Shown here: positions 61,944-64,000 of the stretch, one piece after another
Layout of the letters: each line of letters opens with the position of its first letter
How positions within the stretch are numbered: position 1 is the stretch's first letter
DNA from: an uncultured Candidatus Actinomarina sp.
GTDB lineage: Bacteria > Actinomycetota > Acidimicrobiia > Actinomarinales > Actinomarinaceae
Reading direction: 5' to 3'
Assembly (NCBI GenBank): GCA_902595195.1
Contig: CACJPC010000001.1
Location: forward strand, 86,654 to 150,653
Length of the DNA: 64,000 nucleotides
Notes under the pieces: generated by a model
What the model saw: the letters and a program-made list of their open reading frames with translations, nothing else
What the model was told of the DNA's origin: nothing
Database searches by the model: none
Made by a program: the position numbers and the translations under genes

Positions 61944-62984
61944 TTGGAATTACCCAACAGGTTCATACGGTCGGTTTTTACAACCCTCTCAGCTTTTGCT
62001 CCCGCTAATTTAATAATAGCGAAAATTGTCAACAAGAGTTATCTTTTTGAGAGCATTAATATTTCAAGAGTGAAATCATCTACGAACACATCATTACAGC
62101 AGCCAACATTACTCCAAACCATTGTTGCTATTTTTATTTCTGCATTTATGTGGGGAATGGGCAATGTGTTATCTAGAAGTCTTCTCATAGAAGGTATTAA
62201 CGAAATTTATCTTGTTACGGTAAGGGTTTGTTTGATTGGGTCTTTGTTATTTTTATACTATGCCATTTTTATTAGAGAAGGATTTCAATCAACAATTTTT
62301 AAAGAAGCAACCATAACGGGGTTCTTTTCTGTGTTTTCAATTAGTTGGTTTTTTATATTTGCACTTCAATATATTTCTTCAGGTCTTGTGACCCTTCTCA
62401 TAAGTTCCGCACCAGTATTTACTGTAATTTGGATAAAGCTACTTTTAAAGGATGAAGAGATTTCAAAAACTAGATACTTGGCAATACTTGTAGGTTTTGC
62501 AGGTATTGCATATTTATTTTTAAGACAGGAAACTGGGCTTTTAGATGAAGGAAGCATACTCCTTGGAGGAACGTTGGCGTTTTTTGGAGTTCAGTGTATT
62601 TCATTGGCAACAGTGTTAAATAGAAAGTACGCACCCAAATACAAAGTTGCTACCTGGTTGAGCTACCAATATCCATTGATGATTGTTGCATCATTAATTG
62701 CATATATATTTTTTGATATTGAGGCAGAAACATTAAACCTATCTCAAGCTTTGAGGATAGCTGCTTTAGTTATTGCAAACTTAAGTGCATTTACAGCTTT
62801 TACCTGGTTAATAAGGAGAGTTAGTGCATTGCAAGTTGCTTCTGTTGACTATCTAGTGCCTATTGTTGGAGTGACCGCCGGTGTAGTGTTTTTAGGAGAA
62901 TCTTTTAATACAAATATCTTTATTGCGGGAGTTTTTATTTTCATTTCACTGTTGCTAAATACTAAGGAAGAATTTTCAGGTTAA
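61944..62984 (+). CDS. DMT superfamily (EamA-type) transporter
   Basis: Two EamA-like 5-TM halves. The TTG track start probably over-extends the N-terminus. Confidence 0.7.
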   Translation: MELPNRFIRSVFTTLSAFAPANLIIAKIVNKSYLFESINISRVKSSTNTSLQQPTLLQTIVAIFISAFMWGMGNVLSRSLLIEGINEIYLVTVRVCLIGSLLFLYYAIFIREGFQSTIFKEATITGFFSVFSISWFFIFALQYISSGLVTLLISSAPVFTVIWIKLLLKDEEISKTRYLAILVGFAGIAYLFLRQETGLLDEGSILLGGTLAFFGVQCISLATVLNRKYAPKYKVATWLSYQYPLMIVASLIAYIFFDIEAETLNLSQALRIAALVIANLSAFTAFTWLIRRVSALQVASVDYLVPIVGVTAGVVFLGESFNTNIFIAGVFIFISLLLNTKEEFSG

Positions 62985-63554
62985 ATTAAGTTCTTCCTTT
63001 ACTTTTTTTAGATCTTGCCATGTTAGCCATTTAGGTTTACCTTTTTCTTTTGACGGGTTTCGAAGTAAGTAAGATGGATGAAAAATAGGCATGTATTTAA
63101 TATCATCTTTTATTATCCATTTCCCTCTAATTTTTGATATTGGTTCAGTCACTTGAAGATAAGATTCTACAGCAGTTGAACCTGCTAGCACAATAACTTT
63201 TGGTTTAATAAGTTCAATTTGTTTTTCTAACCAAGGAATGCATTCAGATACTTCATTTTTGTGTGGCTTTCTATTTCCTGGAGGTCTGCATTTAACAATA
63301 TTTGAAATGTAACAATCTCTATTTGTATCAATGCCAACTGATAAAAATGCTGAATCCAACATTTTCCCAGCCCTCCCAACAAAAGCAACACCCTGCTCAT
63401 CTTCTTGTTGACCTGGTCCTTCACCTACTACAAACAGCTTAGAGTTTGGGTTTCCTCGACCAAAAACTACATTGTTCCTTGTTAAAGATAGAGAACATTT
63501 CTTGCATTTAATGCATTTGTTGTTTAAAGTTTGAAATTTTATTTGGTTAACCAT
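62976..63554 (-). CDS. uracil-DNA glycosylase, family 4
   Basis: C-x2-C-x2-C at the N-terminus, GEGPGQQEDEQGVAFVGRAGKMLD, and HPSYLLRNP. Confidence 0.85.
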   Translation of the reverse strand: MVNQIKFQTLNNKCIKCKKCSLSLTRNNVVFGRGNPNSKLFVVGEGPGQQEDEQGVAFVGRAGKMLDSAFLSVGIDTNRDCYISNIVKCRPPGNRKPHKNEVSECIPWLEKQIELIKPKVIVLAGSTAVESYLQVTEPISKIRGKWIIKDDIKYMPIFHPSYLLRNPSKEKGKPKWLTWQDLKKVKEELNLT

Positions 63555-63734
63555 TTTATAAAAATACTAGCCATTTTTCATTAATTGAACACCCTAGGAT
63601 ATTAGGTTCCTAGGGATTTTTGTATACCAACAAATCAGGGAGCGTTTGTTTTAATTACTAATTTTATTTTCTACTAGAGTGTTAAATTTTTAGTAAACGG
63701 ATTTTAAACAACAGGAAACTTCAAGAGCAGACAT

Positions 63735-63792
63735 AAAACGAGAAAACCCTTGAAAACTCCGCAATCTGTTTCCAGATTTCCTGCCTCAAGGG
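63735..63792 (-). terminator. rho-independent terminator of the gene entering from the right edge
   Basis: Minus-strand reading: CCCTTGA-GGCAGGAAATCTG-gaaa-CAGATTGCGGAGTTT-TCAAGGG followed by TTTTCTCGTTTT. Confidence 0.65.
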
Positions 63793-63888
63793 TTATCTCT
63801 TATTACTTCTTGTAATGATTGTCTATAAAGATTTTCTTCACAAAAAGTACTCTAAATATATACCTCTAAATAATAGAAATCAAAAAAT

Positions 63889-64000
63889 TTATGAGGAATT
63901 TTTCCCACTCTCACGTCTCTTCATAAACATAGCTGTAATAATTGCTATCGATGCAATCCCAAGCAAAGCACTCAGAAATGTTGATACAAAATTATTATTG
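63889..64000 (-). CDS. C-terminal end of a protein with a hydrophobic helix plus basic tail (gene runs off the right edge)
   Basis: Manual minus-strand translation gives ...NNNFVSTFLSALLGIASIAIITAMFMKRRESGKNSS-stop (TAA at 63891-63889). Confidence 0.5.
   Translation of the reverse strand, partial: NNNFVSTFLSALLGIASIAIITAMFMKRRESGKNSS

Noticed and set aside
63592-63623. A hairpin plus T-run, considered as a plus-strand rho-independent terminator.
   Set aside because: The nearest upstream plus-strand gene ends at 62984, with a minus-strand gene in between. It more likely belongs to the UDG 5' region or has no function, so it is kept only as an observation.

Overview
This is a low-GC bacterial chromosome segment around the replication origin; hand-counted core windows are about 28-35 % GC. 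The gene order is cca/pcnA, NUDIX, trxB, cwlM-like | parB-parA-rsmG-jag-yidC-yidD-rnpA-rpmH | dnaA-dnaN-DUF721-gyrB-gyrA-DUF3566. This matches the actinobacterial origin synteny, so I infer a streamlined low-GC actinobacterium, possibly a marine or freshwater ultramicrobacterial lineage (inference only). About 70 CDS are supportable. No rRNA, tRNA, CRISPR array, transposase or integrase was seen.

Regulatory elements read directly from the sequence:
- a Trp-codon leader peptide plus GC-hairpin attenuator in front of a stand-alone TrpB2-type gene
- a compact cobalamin riboswitch in front of an orphan BtuF-like binding protein
- a Zur-type palindrome between zur and znuACB
- tandem ARG-box-like palindromes in front of argR
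- a near-consensus parS inside rsmG
- DnaA-box-like 9-mers between rpmH and dnaA

The best candidate for an undescribed system is the 44.0-54.8 kb locus. It contains an OmpR/histidine-kinase pair and a MacB-type ABC exporter whose adaptor has a peptidoglycan-binding segment. It also holds three membrane proteins I cannot place and four paralogous lipoproteins built from a duplicated four-Cys motif. Part of the locus has clearly atypical, higher GC.

Other oddities:
- a histone-like PAAKK repeat tail on the N-terminus of GyrA
- a minimal DciA-like ORF with no recF
- a CwlM-like protein with apparently degenerate amidase residues
- a VOC/glyoxalase gene interrupted by TAG at a Trp position

All function calls rest on motif recognition by eye. 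No database search was run.
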